DNA from: Candidatus Latescibacterota bacterium
Lineage (GTDB): Bacteria; Latescibacterota; UBA2968; GCA-2709665
DNA length: 64,000 bases
Reading direction: 5' to 3'
NCBI GenBank assembly: GCA_965222075.1
Contig: OZ244937.1
Span: 2,240,001 to 2,304,000 of the forward strand
Below the pieces are notes generated by a model, which did not search any database, was not told where the DNA came from, and worked only from the letters and a program-made list of their open reading frames with translations. This document shows, piece by piece, positions 1 through 12,744 of this stretch. The position numbers and the translations under genes were made by a program. Each line of letters opens with the position of its first letter. The stretch's first letter is position 1.

Positions 1-145
1 TCTCAAGAGGGGCCGTTGCCTCAGATGCGGCGAAGCCTCGTTTTCTCCCCTGCACCCGGGCGTAGACAGGTTCCGGATCGTGGAATCGGGGCACAGGGAG
101 CATGAATACGACGCCCGGGAATCAGCGCTTTTGCTCACAAATCCC

Positions 146-174
146 TTGACGGCAGTCAGAGCCTTTCGTACTTT
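146..174 (+). promoter_or_regulatory. sigma70-like promoter
   Basis: TTGACG-N17-TACTTT upstream of the 230 CDS, which has a GGGGAGG RBS. Confidence 0.5.
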
Positions 175-229
175 AGCACTCCACTATATTCAGGCGATAT
201 GAATAACAGAGAGAACGGAAAGGGGAGGA

Positions 230-1048
230 ATGGGCCGGTTTAAAATCGGAATACTGGAAAATGTGCTGAACGCCGACTGGGACGACGTCTTTCCACTGGC
301 AAAGGCGCTTGGATACGATGGAATCGAACTGGGTATTCGGGGGGAGAACTACCGGGACACGGAACTCTGGATGGAAGGTGGGCTGGATGCCCTGGCCCAC
401 CGATCGGAAGAATCCGGAATCCCGATCTTTTCCATCTGCCTTCACACCTTCTGGACGTATACGTTTGCAGACCCCAATGTGGCCAACCGGTGCACGGCAA
501 AACAGATCGCCTTCCACGTCATCAACGCCTGCAAAACCCTCGGCGTCCGGACCATTCTGATTCCGGTAACCAATCCTCTTGAACTCTCGTTGGAAGAGGC
601 CGCCCACCGGTGGACTTACGAAACCCGGGCAATCGCGGCCGACGCGGCAAAACATGAAGTCCACATCGGCCTGGAAAACGTGGGGCGCAGCCACATCGTA
701 ACCGGGGAGCAGGTCCTGGAAATGATCGAAGCGGTTGACAACCCCTTTGTCGGCGCCTACTTCGACGTTGGAAACGCCAAAATGCTTGGCAGCGATCCGG
801 TCGCCGATATCCACACCCTCAAAGACCGGATCGTACAGGTCCACATCAAAGACCCCAGGAAAGACCGGACACCTTGCTACCTTGGAGATGGCGACATTGA
901 TCTGGAGGGATGTCTCAAAGCCCTCACCGAGGTGGGCTACAGGGGTCCCCTCATCTTCGAAACCCCGGCCCTCAACGATCCGACAGCTACCGCGAAGCGC
1001 AACCTGATGGCTTTAAGCGCACTGACCGAGGCAGTCGGCGCAACCTGA
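230..1048 (+). CDS. sugar phosphate isomerase/epimerase (xylose isomerase-like TIM barrel)
   Basis: GYDGIEL, GLENV, YFDVGN, VHIKD, LGDGDID and FET motifs of the AP_endonuc_2 family. Confidence 0.85.
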   Translation: MGRFKIGILENVLNADWDDVFPLAKALGYDGIELGIRGENYRDTELWMEGGLDALAHRSEESGIPIFSICLHTFWTYTFADPNVANRCTAKQIAFHVINACKTLGVRTILIPVTNPLELSLEEAAHRWTYETRAIAADAAKHEVHIGLENVGRSHIVTGEQVLEMIEAVDNPFVGAYFDVGNAKMLGSDPVADIHTLKDRIVQVHIKDPRKDRTPCYLGDGDIDLEGCLKALTEVGYRGPLIFETPALNDPTATAKRNLMALSALTEAVGAT

Positions 1049-1155
1049 GGAGGAATGCATGGTGCTCGGCATGGTCACGCAACCTTATGTTTGCGACCAT
1101 CCTTGACCCGTCCTGTTTATCCACAGCGTTCCGAAGCATCTCGAACATTTTCTTA

Positions 1156-1923
1156 TCAGCCGCTATGCCGCCGGCAGGTCGAAGCCAGTCCGCGCAAAAT
1201 CAGGTCGGGCTCAACACGGTGAGCCGTATGGAGGTAAGGCGAGAGAAACGGCGCATCCCCGCCGGTGAGGAGGACCTGAGGATCGCCCTCAACGATTTCG
1301 GACAACTCTGCGATCACCCGGTCTACGCCCCCCGCAGTGCCGTAGGCCACCCCCGCCCGGATGCACGCGGGCGTCTCCCGTCCCAGCACCGATTCAGGAG
1401 CGGCAAGATCGACCTGCGGCAGAAGGCTCGTCCTGGCATACAGGGCCCACAGAGCCGTCCGGAGCCCGGCAGAGATGGTCCCTCCCACAAAACGCCCATC
1501 GCCTGAGACCAGATCGATCGAAACGGCCGTACCCAGGCCCACAAGGATAACCGGCCCACCGCAAAGGCGGTAGGCCTCCCCTGAGGCCAAAAGTCTGTCG
1601 ATGCCGACCGTCTCGGGCCTGGGCACGGCCGCCTCGATCCCCAGATCCATCGAAACGCTCGCCTCAATCAAAGATATTTCCCACATCTCATGCAACGCCT
1701 TCCCCAGCGTCGCCGCCATTCCGCGAACCACCGAAGCGGCAATTGCGGCCTCCAGACCATCGGCGGAAATACCGGTATCGGCAAACGCCCGCTTCAGATC
1801 CTCTGCATAAGCCTGCCACGGCCGCTGCGGATCGGTATCGAACCGCCAGCGGGCAACAATCCCGCTCCCGTCAAACAGGCCGCAATCAACGCTGGTATTT
1901 CCGATATCAAATGTGAGAAGCAT
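1156..1923 (-). CDS. coaX: type III pantothenate kinase
   Basis: MLLTFDIGNT, GIDR, GTAVSID, GGTISAG and TGGDA motifs; follows birA. Confidence 0.93.
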   Translation of the reverse strand: MLLTFDIGNTSVDCGLFDGSGIVARWRFDTDPQRPWQAYAEDLKRAFADTGISADGLEAAIAASVVRGMAATLGKALHEMWEISLIEASVSMDLGIEAAVPRPETVGIDRLLASGEAYRLCGGPVILVGLGTAVSIDLVSGDGRFVGGTISAGLRTALWALYARTSLLPQVDLAAPESVLGRETPACIRAGVAYGTAGGVDRVIAELSEIVEGDPQVLLTGGDAPFLSPYLHTAHRVEPDLILRGLASTCRRHSG

Positions 1924-1962
1924 CGATGTCCTGGCCCCCCCACCCATTGGGTATTAATCGAT

Positions 1963-2035
1963 TTTGGAATGCGGATTGCGGAACAAGAGGGTTTAAATCC
2001 GCATTCCACTTTCCGGAATTCGAAATTCGAAATCG
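1963..2035. repeat. inverted heptamer-type repeat element (GGAATGCGGATT...AATCCGCATTCC; TTCGAAA units) overlapping the birA 3' end
   Basis: 12-bp inverted repeat at 1966-1977/1996-2007; related copy at 3901-3947. Confidence 0.6.
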
Positions 2036-2985
2036 CCCGCCTGAACGGCCACCCGAACGCCTCCTGAAGTACGCACACAAAGCGCACCGTCTGGCGCAAG
2101 GTCTTCTGCAACGCCCTCAATCACACGCCCATCGCCTGCCACATGCACCGGTTGGCCCCACATCGTACTGCGCGCCTTCCAGAGTTTGCAGATACGATCG
2201 GGATCCAGATCGGCATACACAGATTCCAGGGCATACAGGAGGGCCCTCAAAAGGGCCGACCGTTCTTGAGACCGGCCGCTCTCTATCCTCAGCGATGTCG
2301 CCGTTTCCCGCAGGCCGTCCGGAAACGCTCGGACCTCCTGATTGACATTGATCCCGATCCCCAGCACCGCAAATCCCGGCCGGGTCTCTGTCAGAATCCC
2401 GGCAAGCTTGCGTCCGTCAATCCGGACGTCGTTGGGCCACTTGAGGTCCGCCGCAAGCCCGGTCGCCTCCTGCACCGCATCCACCACGGCCACCCCGGCT
2501 CCCAGCGTCAGCATCCACATCTCACGGAGCGCCAGGTTGAACCGAACAACAGAGGAAAACCAGAGACCCGCCCCCGGAGGAGAAAACCAGACCCGCCCCC
2601 GGCGTCCCCGGCCCGCCGTCTGGTGCTCCGCTGTAATCACCGCCCCGTGGGGCGCCCCCTCCAGCGCCGCCTGAACGGCCAGGTCGTTGGTCGATCCCAC
2701 CTCTAAGTAACACGCTAAGATGCGCCCCAACGCCTCCGTCTCCAGCCCCTCCTGAACCGCCTCTCTCCGAATCACCTCTACCTCTGTGCGAAGGCAAATT
2801 CCTGCAACGGGATGCTCCTCGACGCGGTACCCTACCCGCTTCAACGCCGCCAGGGCCTGCTGCAGGTCATCCGAATGCCCTCCCAGACGCTGGAGGAGAT
2901 CGGCCACCGGTAAAAAACGCCCGGGGACGCTGCCCAGGGTCTCCAGAGTCCGGTAGGCGAAGGGCGTATCAAGCAGAGAACTCAT
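1993..2985 (-). CDS. birA: biotin--[acetyl-CoA-carboxylase] ligase with N-terminal HTH-like region
   Basis: STND, QTAGRGRRGRVW, KWPND, KLAGIL and GIGINV motifs. Confidence 0.95.
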   Translation of the reverse strand: MSSLLDTPFAYRTLETLGSVPGRFLPVADLLQRLGGHSDDLQQALAALKRVGYRVEEHPVAGICLRTEVEVIRREAVQEGLETEALGRILACYLEVGSTNDLAVQAALEGAPHGAVITAEHQTAGRGRRGRVWFSPPGAGLWFSSVVRFNLALREMWMLTLGAGVAVVDAVQEATGLAADLKWPNDVRIDGRKLAGILTETRPGFAVLGIGINVNQEVRAFPDGLRETATSLRIESGRSQERSALLRALLYALESVYADLDPDRICKLWKARSTMWGQPVHVAGDGRVIEGVAEDLAPDGALCVRTSGGVRVAVQAGDFEFRIPESGMRI

Positions 2986-3006
2986 GGCGCAGTAGACAGG
3001 GACATA

Positions 3007-3882
3007 TCACGACCGCCGAAACAGCAGGCTCAGATCCAGCGCCGTTACCGAATGCGTCAGCGACCCGACCGAAATCAGGTCCACCCCCGTCTCGGCCACG
3101 GCGCGCACCGTCTCAAGCGTCACATTCCCGGAGACCTCCAGCCTGGGTCTGCCCGCACCGAGTTTTTGAACACGTCTGACCGCCTGGCGCGTCGTTTCCA
3201 AATCCATATTGTCCAGCAGAATCCAGTCCGCGCGTACGGCGATTGCGTCCTCCAGTTCGTCCAGAGCCTCCACCTCCACCTCCACCTTTACCGGCCGGCC
3301 CTCCCGCGCCATGGCCGCCTTGACCGCGAACACCGCCGGCCCGATCCCGTTGGCGGCCTCGATGTGGTTCTCCTTGATCAGCACCATATCGTAAAGCCCC
3401 ATCCGGTGGTTTTGCCCACCGCCCACAGCCACCGCGTACTTATCCAGCATCCGCAGCCCCGGAGCCGTCTTTCGGGTATCTAAAATCCGTGCCCCCGTAC
3501 CTTCCACCGCCTCCACATAGCGGGCCGTCATCGTGGCGATGGCCGACATCCGCTGTAAAAAATTCAGCGCCGTCCGCTCCCCCGTCAGAATTCCCCGGGC
3601 CGGACCGGAAATCTCGGCCAGCACATCCTGGGGGGCCACACAGGCGCCGTCTTTAACCGTCGCTTCAAAAGAAATCTTCGGCTCAACCACCTCAAATACA
3701 GCCCCGGCCACCTCCAGCCCGGCGGCCACACCGGGTGTTTTGGCAATCAAATCCGCCCGGACCGTGGTGTTCTCCCGAACCGCCCAGAGCGTTGTGACGT
3801 CCCCATCCCCCACATCCTCTTCAAGCGCCCTGGCAATCACCTCCCGGACCGCCTTCCAGTCCAGTGTAGGAACATCACCCAT
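3007..3882 (-). CDS. nadC: nicotinate-nucleotide diphosphorylase (carboxylating)
   Basis: ERTALNFLQ, DTRKTAPGLR, NHRMGLYD, IKENH, EVEVE and LLDNM motifs. Confidence 0.97.
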   Translation of the reverse strand: MGDVPTLDWKAVREVIARALEEDVGDGDVTTLWAVRENTTVRADLIAKTPGVAAGLEVAGAVFEVVEPKISFEATVKDGACVAPQDVLAEISGPARGILTGERTALNFLQRMSAIATMTARYVEAVEGTGARILDTRKTAPGLRMLDKYAVAVGGGQNHRMGLYDMVLIKENHIEAANGIGPAVFAVKAAMAREGRPVKVEVEVEALDELEDAIAVRADWILLDNMDLETTRQAVRRVQKLGAGRPRLEVSGNVTLETVRAVAETGVDLISVGSLTHSVTALDLSLLFRRS

Positions 3883-3900
3883 CGTTCACCCCACATATCA

Positions 3901-3947
3901 ATTGCGAATTGCAAATTTAGACCCTTTCAGTCCACAATCCGCAATCG
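3901..3947. repeat. heptamer-type repeat (ATTGCGA/ATTGCAA...TCCACAA/TCCGCAA)
   Basis: degenerate 7-mer units in inverted arrangement between uvrB and nadC. Confidence 0.45.
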
Positions 3948-3949
3948 CC

Positions 3950-5965
<2,016 letters not shown>

Positions 5966-6006
5966 AGCGCACCCCTTTCGGTGACCAAATGTGTAGATTG
6001 CCCAAC

Positions 6007-6035
6007 AATGTAGACAGAAAACGCCTCAAAAGCAA
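6007..6035 (-). promoter_or_regulatory. sigma70-like promoter of the uvrB-nadC-birA-coaX run
   Basis: TTGCTT-N17-TACATT on the minus strand. Confidence 0.4.
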
Positions 6036-6189
6036 GCGATAAGCATTCCGGACCAAAATTAAAACACACCCTCATGTTTTCAATAGACCCTCTCTCGCCT
6101 GCGATCCTCTACCGGGAGGGAAGGCCCGATTGAATTTTGGTCGCGCATTTTCTCGGGAAATCATATATATTTCCATATTAACAAGTCGT

Positions 6190-7800
6190 TACTCCACTTT
6201 TGCAGTGGCTGAGAGACGAGAGAAAGAGGGGTTTTACTCAGGGGAGTGGATAGACCCCACCCCTGCATTTGGCCTGAACATCCAAGCCAAGTTGGTCCTC
6301 AACTTTGGGAAAGCACTGCGTTTTTCGTTAATAGGAGACCGTAGCGAGTAAGGGTTGCATCACCTCGTCAAGGGTCTGTCCCTGAAAGAGCGCAGCTTGG
6401 ATGAAGGTCGCCAAAGCCCAGAGTGCTTGCGCTTGTGTGTTTCTCCGACAAGAGCCTGCTGAATGGCCCAAGTTTTTTTGGACGTTCTGGTGAAGTTTTC
6501 GAATCAGGGACTTGTCGTGTTGGGCTGCTCTCAGTAGCGAGTAGGTGACGGCGACAAGGGGATGTGTTTACCGATCGCCTCAAAGTCCCGTACCTGATAC
6601 TGATCGAGTCCATCAGCTTTGCCCTCTTCGTGGTAAACTTCCACCGGCCAGCGGTGTCGTCGGATGCGCGTGATGTTAGTGGCTTGCCACTTGAGCCTGT
6701 TGGATAGGAAGTAGCAGGGGGAGTCTGACAAGTCGGGCTCTTGGTGGTTGATGACTAATCGATGCTTCCCAAAGTTCTGGATGCGATGCGTATTGCAGTA
6801 GCTGTAATAGGTCTCTTTTTCGCCTTTGTAGGAAATGGTGATTTTATGAAAAACAGGCTTTTCTCCGTCGCTTAGGGCTTGATGATGCTCCTCTTGAAGA
6901 TGGGCATCAAAGTCCGTTAAGCGTTGATCTCCTGGCCAGATTGACCTGGTCCTCTCCGGTGAGCCCACGTAGGAGAGCTTGAGTTCTTCGCAGAAACTTG
7001 CAGAAGGAAGGTTGGGTATACCAGTTGTCAAAGGTGACCGGCAACCTGCTATGGGGATGATTCGAAAAGAAGTGGCGCAAAAGCGTTTGGCCGATAATCA
7101 GCTTACTTTGATAAATCTGTTGCACTTCCTCCTTTTTCTGATGCCGTTGCCAGACCCCCATCAAATATGTACGCCACTTTCGAGGATCGCGCTTCTTAAG
7201 CACATATTTGCCTTCTCGAACCGAATGCCGGCTGCTTTCAACCCCCTCTCCAATGTATCTGCCTCAGCCGGCTCCCATAGCCTGAAGGCAATCGGATAAT
7301 CGGTCACATCATCACTGTAATGCAGGTTGACCAGATTGTGTGCCCACACATAGGACCGACTCACTGGATCAAAAAGCTTGGCGATCTTCTCAAAGTGGTG
7401 GCCATAATGGGACAGACGTATCGTCTAAACTTAGCACCCCCTTCCGTTTGAACGCTGTACCAGGAAGACTGAAAAGCATATCCAAACGGGCACGATTTAA
7501 GGCGGACACGGAAAACGGACTCTCTGTCAATAGACGGTTCAGACTGCTCGGTTGCGCACATCCACCACAAAAATCCGGTTGATCCCTTCTACCGTCTTGT
7601 TCTGTGACATGATTAACCCGCTGACGTAACGCTGGAACCTGGAAGGCTTCTTGGGAAAATACCGACTCAAAATGTGGAGCAAAGTGCCGCACGATCTCGG
7701 GGATCTCGACTAACGGGATCATCGTCATTCCCTCCAGATGAAATGGAAAAACGAAGGCTGCCTGGAGGAATTTTATGATATCCGTCAGTTCTTGGCAATC
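6190..7800 (-). mobile_element. degenerate IS701-family-like insertion sequence; transposase pseudogene with several frameshifts
   Basis: Fragments 7390-7728, 7161-7364, 6907-7203, 6531-7031 and 6368-6613 give LSLDDT, VTFDNWY and RWPVEVYHEEGKADGLDQYQVR (DDE catalytic regions); lower GC; element ends approximate. Confidence 0.8.
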
Positions 7801-7946
7801 ACTACTTGGATCAGTTTATGACCGCTTATGCGCTGCAAAACCGGACTATTCGCTCCTGCATCATCGGCACGGACCTTGCAAGGTTCCTCAAACCAAAGGG
7901 AGTCCAGCGTCCGGTCCGGAATATCTCCCCACGCCTGGAGATAGAA

Positions 7947-8864
7947 ATGAAACCCATCGCGCTCCTGTTGCTCTTCAGCGTTCCCTGCCTGATCCCTCAG
8001 GACCTGAGCGCAGGCGCCTGGACCCTGCCCCGGGGGCACATCTGGAGCAAGATCACCTTTCTGAACCAGTCAACCGATGAAGAGTACGTCAGCGTGGGCG
8101 GCCAGGGCCGTCCCCCCAACACGGCCGTCAAATATGAGCCGGGCGACCGGGCGCGCTACCGATTCAACGGCAAATACAGCTCCCGGGCGCTCTTTTTTGA
8201 CCTCTTCTACGGCGCCACGGACCGCTTTGACCTGGGCCTGCAAATCCCCTTTTTCCGGCAGCAATTTCAGGACGATGCCCTCCTGACCGGCTTTGGAGAA
8301 CCCCGCACCGCAACCGGTTTCAGCGACATCCGGGCCTTCCTGAAATTCCGCCTCTTTCAGCAGCCCGCCATTGGCACCCTCAAGGTCGGCTTCAAGGTCC
8401 CCACCGGGAAATTCGTGAACGAAGACGGAATGATCCCCGTGGGCGAGGGGCAGTGGGACTTCGACTTCATCTTCCAGACCGGGCGCTCCTTCTGGCCCCT
8501 GCCGGCCTACGCCAACCTCGACCTGGGCTACCGGCTCCGCCTCAAGAACGACGAGATCGCCCGCGACCCCGGGGATGAATTCTTCTTCTCCGGCGAGGTC
8601 GGCTACAGCCCCAGGCCAAAGCTCCTGGTCGTCCTGAAGCTGGAAGGCATCCGGAGCAAGTCCGCCACGGTCCTGGGGATCAGAAGCGCATCCACCGTCA
8701 AACGCATCACCTACTTTGTGCCCACCCTCAGCCTGGGGCCTTTCAACAACCTCAGCATAGAGGCCGCCCTGCGTGCCTCCCTCAACGGGCGGAGCTTCCC
8801 CGCCGGGCAGATGCTGGCCGTGGGCCTCTCCTACTCCGGCAGCCCCTTCCAGCGGCAGAAATAA
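7947..8864 (+). CDS. secreted outer-membrane beta-barrel protein (MetA-pathway/'transporter'-like)
   Basis: signal peptide MKPIALLLL after GGAG; GFSDIR, KVPTG, GEGQWD motifs; alternating beta strands. Confidence 0.65.
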   Translation: MKPIALLLLFSVPCLIPQDLSAGAWTLPRGHIWSKITFLNQSTDEEYVSVGGQGRPPNTAVKYEPGDRARYRFNGKYSSRALFFDLFYGATDRFDLGLQIPFFRQQFQDDALLTGFGEPRTATGFSDIRAFLKFRLFQQPAIGTLKVGFKVPTGKFVNEDGMIPVGEGQWDFDFIFQTGRSFWPLPAYANLDLGYRLRLKNDEIARDPGDEFFFSGEVGYSPRPKLLVVLKLEGIRSKSATVLGIRSASTVKRITYFVPTLSLGPFNNLSIEAALRASLNGRSFPAGQMLAVGLSYSGSPFQRQK

Positions 8865-8906
8865 CGATATTAATCCATATTGAACAAATCTTATAAACTT
8901 GAACAC

Positions 8907-8941
8907 AAAAGGCCCCGGAGGATCTTTCTCCGGGGCCTTTT
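8907..8941. terminator. bidirectional intrinsic terminator
   Basis: AAAA-GGCCCCGGAG-loop-CTCCGGGGCC-TTTT between convergent genes. Confidence 0.85.
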
Positions 8942-8967
8942 GGCCTTCCAATCGGGGGTATCCGCCC

Positions 8968-10407
8968 TCAGACCACCACCTCCGCCTCGGCCCCCGGGAC
9001 ATCCCGGTTGGCCTCCAGAACCGGATCCACCTCGTCGGCGACAAACGCTTCAACCTGTTCGGGCGCCCGGCCGATAAACGCCTTCACGTCCAGGATCCCG
9101 TCCAGTTCCTCCCGCGTCATTCCATACGCCGGGTCGCCCGCAATCCGATCCAGCAGATCGTTCTCCCCTCCCTCCTCCTTTACCCGGCGCCCGGCCTCCA
9201 TCGCATGCACGCGGGTCTGCTCGTGCAGGGCCTGACGGTCGCCCCCCCGTTTTACGGCCGCCATCAGGATGTTCTCCGTGGCCATAAAGGGAAGTTCCAG
9301 GTCAATATGCCTGCGGATCACCCCCGGATAAACCACCAGGCCTCGAACCACGTTCATGTACAAAATCAGGATCGCATCGACCCCCAGAAACATCTGCGGC
9401 AGCGCCAGACGCTTGTTGGCCGAATCGTCCAGCGTTCGCTCAAACCACTGGGTGGCCGCGGTAAACGCCGGACTCTGCGCCATGGTCATCACAAATCGGG
9501 CCAGGGCGCACATCCGCTCGGTCCGCATCGGATTGCGCTTGTAGGCCATCGCGGACGAACCGATCTGCCCCGCTTCAAAAGGCTCCTCAACCTCCTTGAG
9601 GTGCTGCAGCAGGCGCAAATCGTTTCCGAACTTGTGGGCGGATTGTGCGATGCGGGAGAGCAGATCGGCCACCTGCGCGTCCACCTTGCGCGTATACGTC
9701 TGTCCGGTCACGGCATAGGTCGCCTGAAAGCCCATCTTTTCGGCCACGAGGCAATCCAGCGCCTGCACTTTCTCCGAATCGCCCTCAAAAAGCGCTAAGA
9801 AGCTGGCCTGGGTGCCCGTGGTCCCCTTGGCCCCCCTGAAGCGGAGCCTGGAGAGGTGGTGGTCCAAGTCCTGATAATCGAGCAATACATCCTGAAGCCA
9901 GAGGGCGGCCCGCTTGCCCACGGTAGTCAACTGCGCAGGCTGAAAATGGGTGAACCCCAGGGTGGGCAGGTCCCGATAGGTAAGCGCAAACGCCTTCAGA
10001 TCGGCCATCAAAGCCACCAGCTTACGCCCAACGATCCGGAGGGCGGCCCGCATCTGGATCAATTCCGTATTGTCCTGTACATAGGCGCTGGTCGCCCCTA
10101 AGTGGATGATGGGCCGGGCCTGTGGGCATTGCACGCCGTAGGCGTAGACGTGGGCCATCACATCGTGGCGCACCTCACGCTCACGCTTGCGGGCCACATC
10201 CTCATTCACCTGCTCCCGAAACCGCCGCATCTCCTCAATTTGTGCATCCCTGATGGGAAGGCCCAGTTCCTGTTCCGCCTCGGCCAGCGCGATCCAGAGG
10301 CCGCGCCACGTAGAAAATTTCTTCCCGGACGAGAAAATCTCGGCCATCTCCCTGCTGGCATAACGCTCGACTAAGGGGTTCTCGTAACGCATATCGTCTT
10401 TAGACAT
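8968..10407 (-). CDS. purB: adenylosuccinate lyase
   Basis: [23 protein letters not shown] and [11 protein letters not shown] signature; start could be 10437. Confidence 0.96.
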   Translation of the reverse strand: MSKDDMRYENPLVERYASREMAEIFSSGKKFSTWRGLWIALAEAEQELGLPIRDAQIEEMRRFREQVNEDVARKREREVRHDVMAHVYAYGVQCPQARPIIHLGATSAYVQDNTELIQMRAALRIVGRKLVALMADLKAFALTYRDLPTLGFTHFQPAQLTTVGKRAALWLQDVLLDYQDLDHHLSRLRFRGAKGTTGTQASFLALFEGDSEKVQALDCLVAEKMGFQATYAVTGQTYTRKVDAQVADLLSRIAQSAHKFGNDLRLLQHLKEVEEPFEAGQIGSSAMAYKRNPMRTERMCALARFVMTMAQSPAFTAATQWFERTLDDSANKRLALPQMFLGVDAILILYMNVVRGLVVYPGVIRRHIDLELPFMATENILMAAVKRGGDRQALHEQTRVHAMEAGRRVKEEGGENDLLDRIAGDPAYGMTREELDGILDVKAFIGRAPEQVEAFVADEVDPVLEANRDVPGAEAEVVV

Positions 10408-10442
10408 AGGCTTATGTTGGCGCTTCAAACGGCTCATCGGGG

Positions 10443-11081
10443 TCAACTCACCCATTCAAACAGCAGCCAGGTCGAGCAAAAGGCCATTCCACCCCCCAGC
10501 ACAACCTGCGCAGGGGTATGGGCACCCAGTTCCACGCGCGCCCAGGACACCGCCAAGGGCACCGGAACCAGGAAGAGGGCCGAGGGACCAAACAGCCAAA
10601 CCAGGGCAGCCAGCGGCCCCCAGACCCCCACGGCATGCAGGCTCACCTTCCACTGGAGGGTAAGCGCCCCCATCAGAACCCCGTGGACCACATAGCACAG
10701 CATCAGTCCACAGACCTCGGGCGGCGCAGACACACAGCGCAGGAGCGCTAAGCCGGCCAGATAACTCCCCAAACCGACCAGCAAGGGCCGCAAACGGGCT
10801 GCCCGCTGCGGGATAAAGAAGCTGTCGATATCCCTCCGGACCAGCAGAAATCCCACATACATCGTGGGCAGTAAGGTACCAAAAACCAGACAGATCCCCA
10901 GCAGAACCCCCAAACGGACCACCGGCTCATCCGTGCGGCAGATCATCAGGGCAAACACGGCTGCGGCGACAACGGGCGGATTGATCACCCCGGAGAGCCC
11001 CGCCGCCAGAACGCGTCGAAACTGCCGTTCGCACACAAAAGGGCCATCCGCTCTCAAAATGCTTAAAAAACCGTGCCCCAT
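10443..11081 (-). CDS. PAP2-superfamily-like membrane protein
   Basis: several hydrophobic helices; WKVSLH and [13 protein letters not shown] motifs. Confidence 0.65.
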   Translation of the reverse strand: MGHGFLSILRADGPFVCERQFRRVLAAGLSGVINPPVVAAAVFALMICRTDEPVVRLGVLLGICLVFGTLLPTMYVGFLLVRRDIDSFFIPQRAARLRPLLVGLGSYLAGLALLRCVSAPPEVCGLMLCYVVHGVLMGALTLQWKVSLHAVGVWGPLAALVWLFGPSALFLVPVPLAVSWARVELGAHTPAQVVLGGGMAFCSTWLLFEWVS

Positions 11082-11154
11082 TTGCCTCTGCCGTCTGCCA
11101 AATTGTATGGTTCGAGTAGATAGCGGATATACAATATACAATAGGGAATGATGC

Positions 11155-11183
11155 TTGACAAGGGCTTAAATTTGCTCTATACT
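11155..11183 (+). promoter_or_regulatory. sigma70 promoter
   Basis: TTGACA-N17-TATACT. Confidence 0.7.
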
Positions 11184-11294
11184 TTGGGGGGATTGATGAC
11201 ACGTTATCCATAATCTGTACAGGAAGTTGTGTCACTCCCACGGATCACCCATCCCAGGTCCCCGGACCCCTTATTTTAACAGGATACGATCCCC

Positions 11295-12734
11295 ATGCCC
11301 GTGCAGAACCCCAACGTCCGTCCTCCGGCCGTAGCCGGTCAATTCTATCCAGACAGGCCTTCGGAATTGAGGCTCCAGGTGGAAGACATGCTGGGCCGGG
11401 CACCCGATGCGGAGGTGGCAGAAGAGGTACGGGGTCTCATCGCCCCCCATGCCGGTTATCCCTATTCGGGTCAGACCGCGGCGGTCGCCTACCGCCAGGT
11501 GAGGGGTAAGCACTACGATTTTGTGGTCATCATGGCGCCCAGCCACCAGGAGGCCTGCAACGAGATCTCCATTTTTCCAGGTGAAGGCTACGAGACCCCT
11601 CTGGGCGTGGTCCCCGTAGACCAGGATGTGGCCCACGCCCTGGCCCAGGAGGATTCCAGCCTCCACCTCTCCCTGGCCGGACACCGGGTGGTCCCCACCA
11701 GAGGCCTCACCAACGCCCTGCGGGGGGAACACGCGGTGGAGGTCCAGATCCCCTTTTTGCAGGTCGCCCTGCCCAACCTGCGGGTCGTTCCCATCGTCAT
11801 GGACATCCGGTCCTTTGAAACCTGCCTGCGCCTGGCCGACGCGCTGGTCAGGGCCGCAGAGGGCAGGAAGGTCCTCATCGTCGCCAGCTCGGACCTCTAC
11901 CACGGATACGACTACGATGAATGCATCATCAGCGATGCCTGCACCTTAAGTGAAATCGAGGCATTCGATCCGAATCGGTTTGCCACCGACCTGGAAACCG
12001 GGCGTGTCCAGGCCTGCGGTGGGGCCCCTATTTTGGCGCTTATGCTGGCCGCCGACCAGATGGGTGCACACCGGGCCAAGGTCGTAAGCCATACCAATTC
12101 CAGCGATGTGGTCGGAGAACCGGGAGGTTACGTGGTGGGATACGGCGCAGCCCTCTTCTACGATGCACCGGCCAGTGAGGTCCATCAGGGTGAACTGACG
12201 GAGACAGACCGGGCCGCGCTGGGTCAAATCGCACGGGAAGCGGTGCAGCGGTCCGTGTGTGGCAACACGCTTGGTGAACCGACGCTCCACACGCCGGGGC
12301 TCAGATGCAAAAGGGGCGCTTTTGTTACCCTCCGCTGTCAAACCAAGCTTCGGGGCTGCATCGGCGACATCCGTGGAAATGAGCCACTGGGAATCACCAT
12401 ACAAAACATGGCGGTTGCAGCGGCATCCCGGGATCCCCGCTTTCCACCGCTCTTGGAAGTGGAACTGGGCGATCTGGAAATCGAAGTCTCGGTACTGGGT
12501 ACCATGCAGCGGGTCACCACCCCATCGGAAATCGAAGTCGGGCGCGACGGCCTCTGCATTCGACGGGGCAAGGACCAGGGCATCCTGCTGCCGCAGGTGG
12601 CCGTAGAGCAGGGATGGGACCGCAGCCAATTCCTCAACCACACCTGCCTCAAGGCCCAACTCCCACCCACGGCCTGGCAGCACCCTGACACAGAGATCTG
12701 GACCTTCGCCGCAGACGTATTCTCAGCTGACTGA
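11295..12734 (+). CDS. amrB: AmmeMemoRadiSam system protein B (Memo) fused to protein A (AMMECR1)
   Basis: RPPAVAGQFYP, PHAGYPYSG, EHAVEVQIPFLQ, ASSDLYH, VVGY, then GAFVTL, LRGCIG, DPRF, GILLPQV, KAQL. Confidence 0.92.
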   Translation: MPVQNPNVRPPAVAGQFYPDRPSELRLQVEDMLGRAPDAEVAEEVRGLIAPHAGYPYSGQTAAVAYRQVRGKHYDFVVIMAPSHQEACNEISIFPGEGYETPLGVVPVDQDVAHALAQEDSSLHLSLAGHRVVPTRGLTNALRGEHAVEVQIPFLQVALPNLRVVPIVMDIRSFETCLRLADALVRAAEGRKVLIVASSDLYHGYDYDECIISDACTLSEIEAFDPNRFATDLETGRVQACGGAPILALMLAADQMGAHRAKVVSHTNSSDVVGEPGGYVVGYGAALFYDAPASEVHQGELTETDRAALGQIAREAVQRSVCGNTLGEPTLHTPGLRCKRGAFVTLRCQTKLRGCIGDIRGNEPLGITIQNMAVAAASRDPRFPPLLEVELGDLEIEVSVLGTMQRVTTPSEIEVGRDGLCIRRGKDQGILLPQVAVEQGWDRSQFLNHTCLKAQLPPTAWQHPDTEIWTFAADVFSAD

Positions 12735-12744
12735 TCCCTCCCAA

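Noticed and set aside
1117-1125. Perfect DnaA box TTATCCACA suggesting oriC
   Set aside because: Single copy, with no box cluster, AT-rich unwinding element or dnaA/dnaN nearby.
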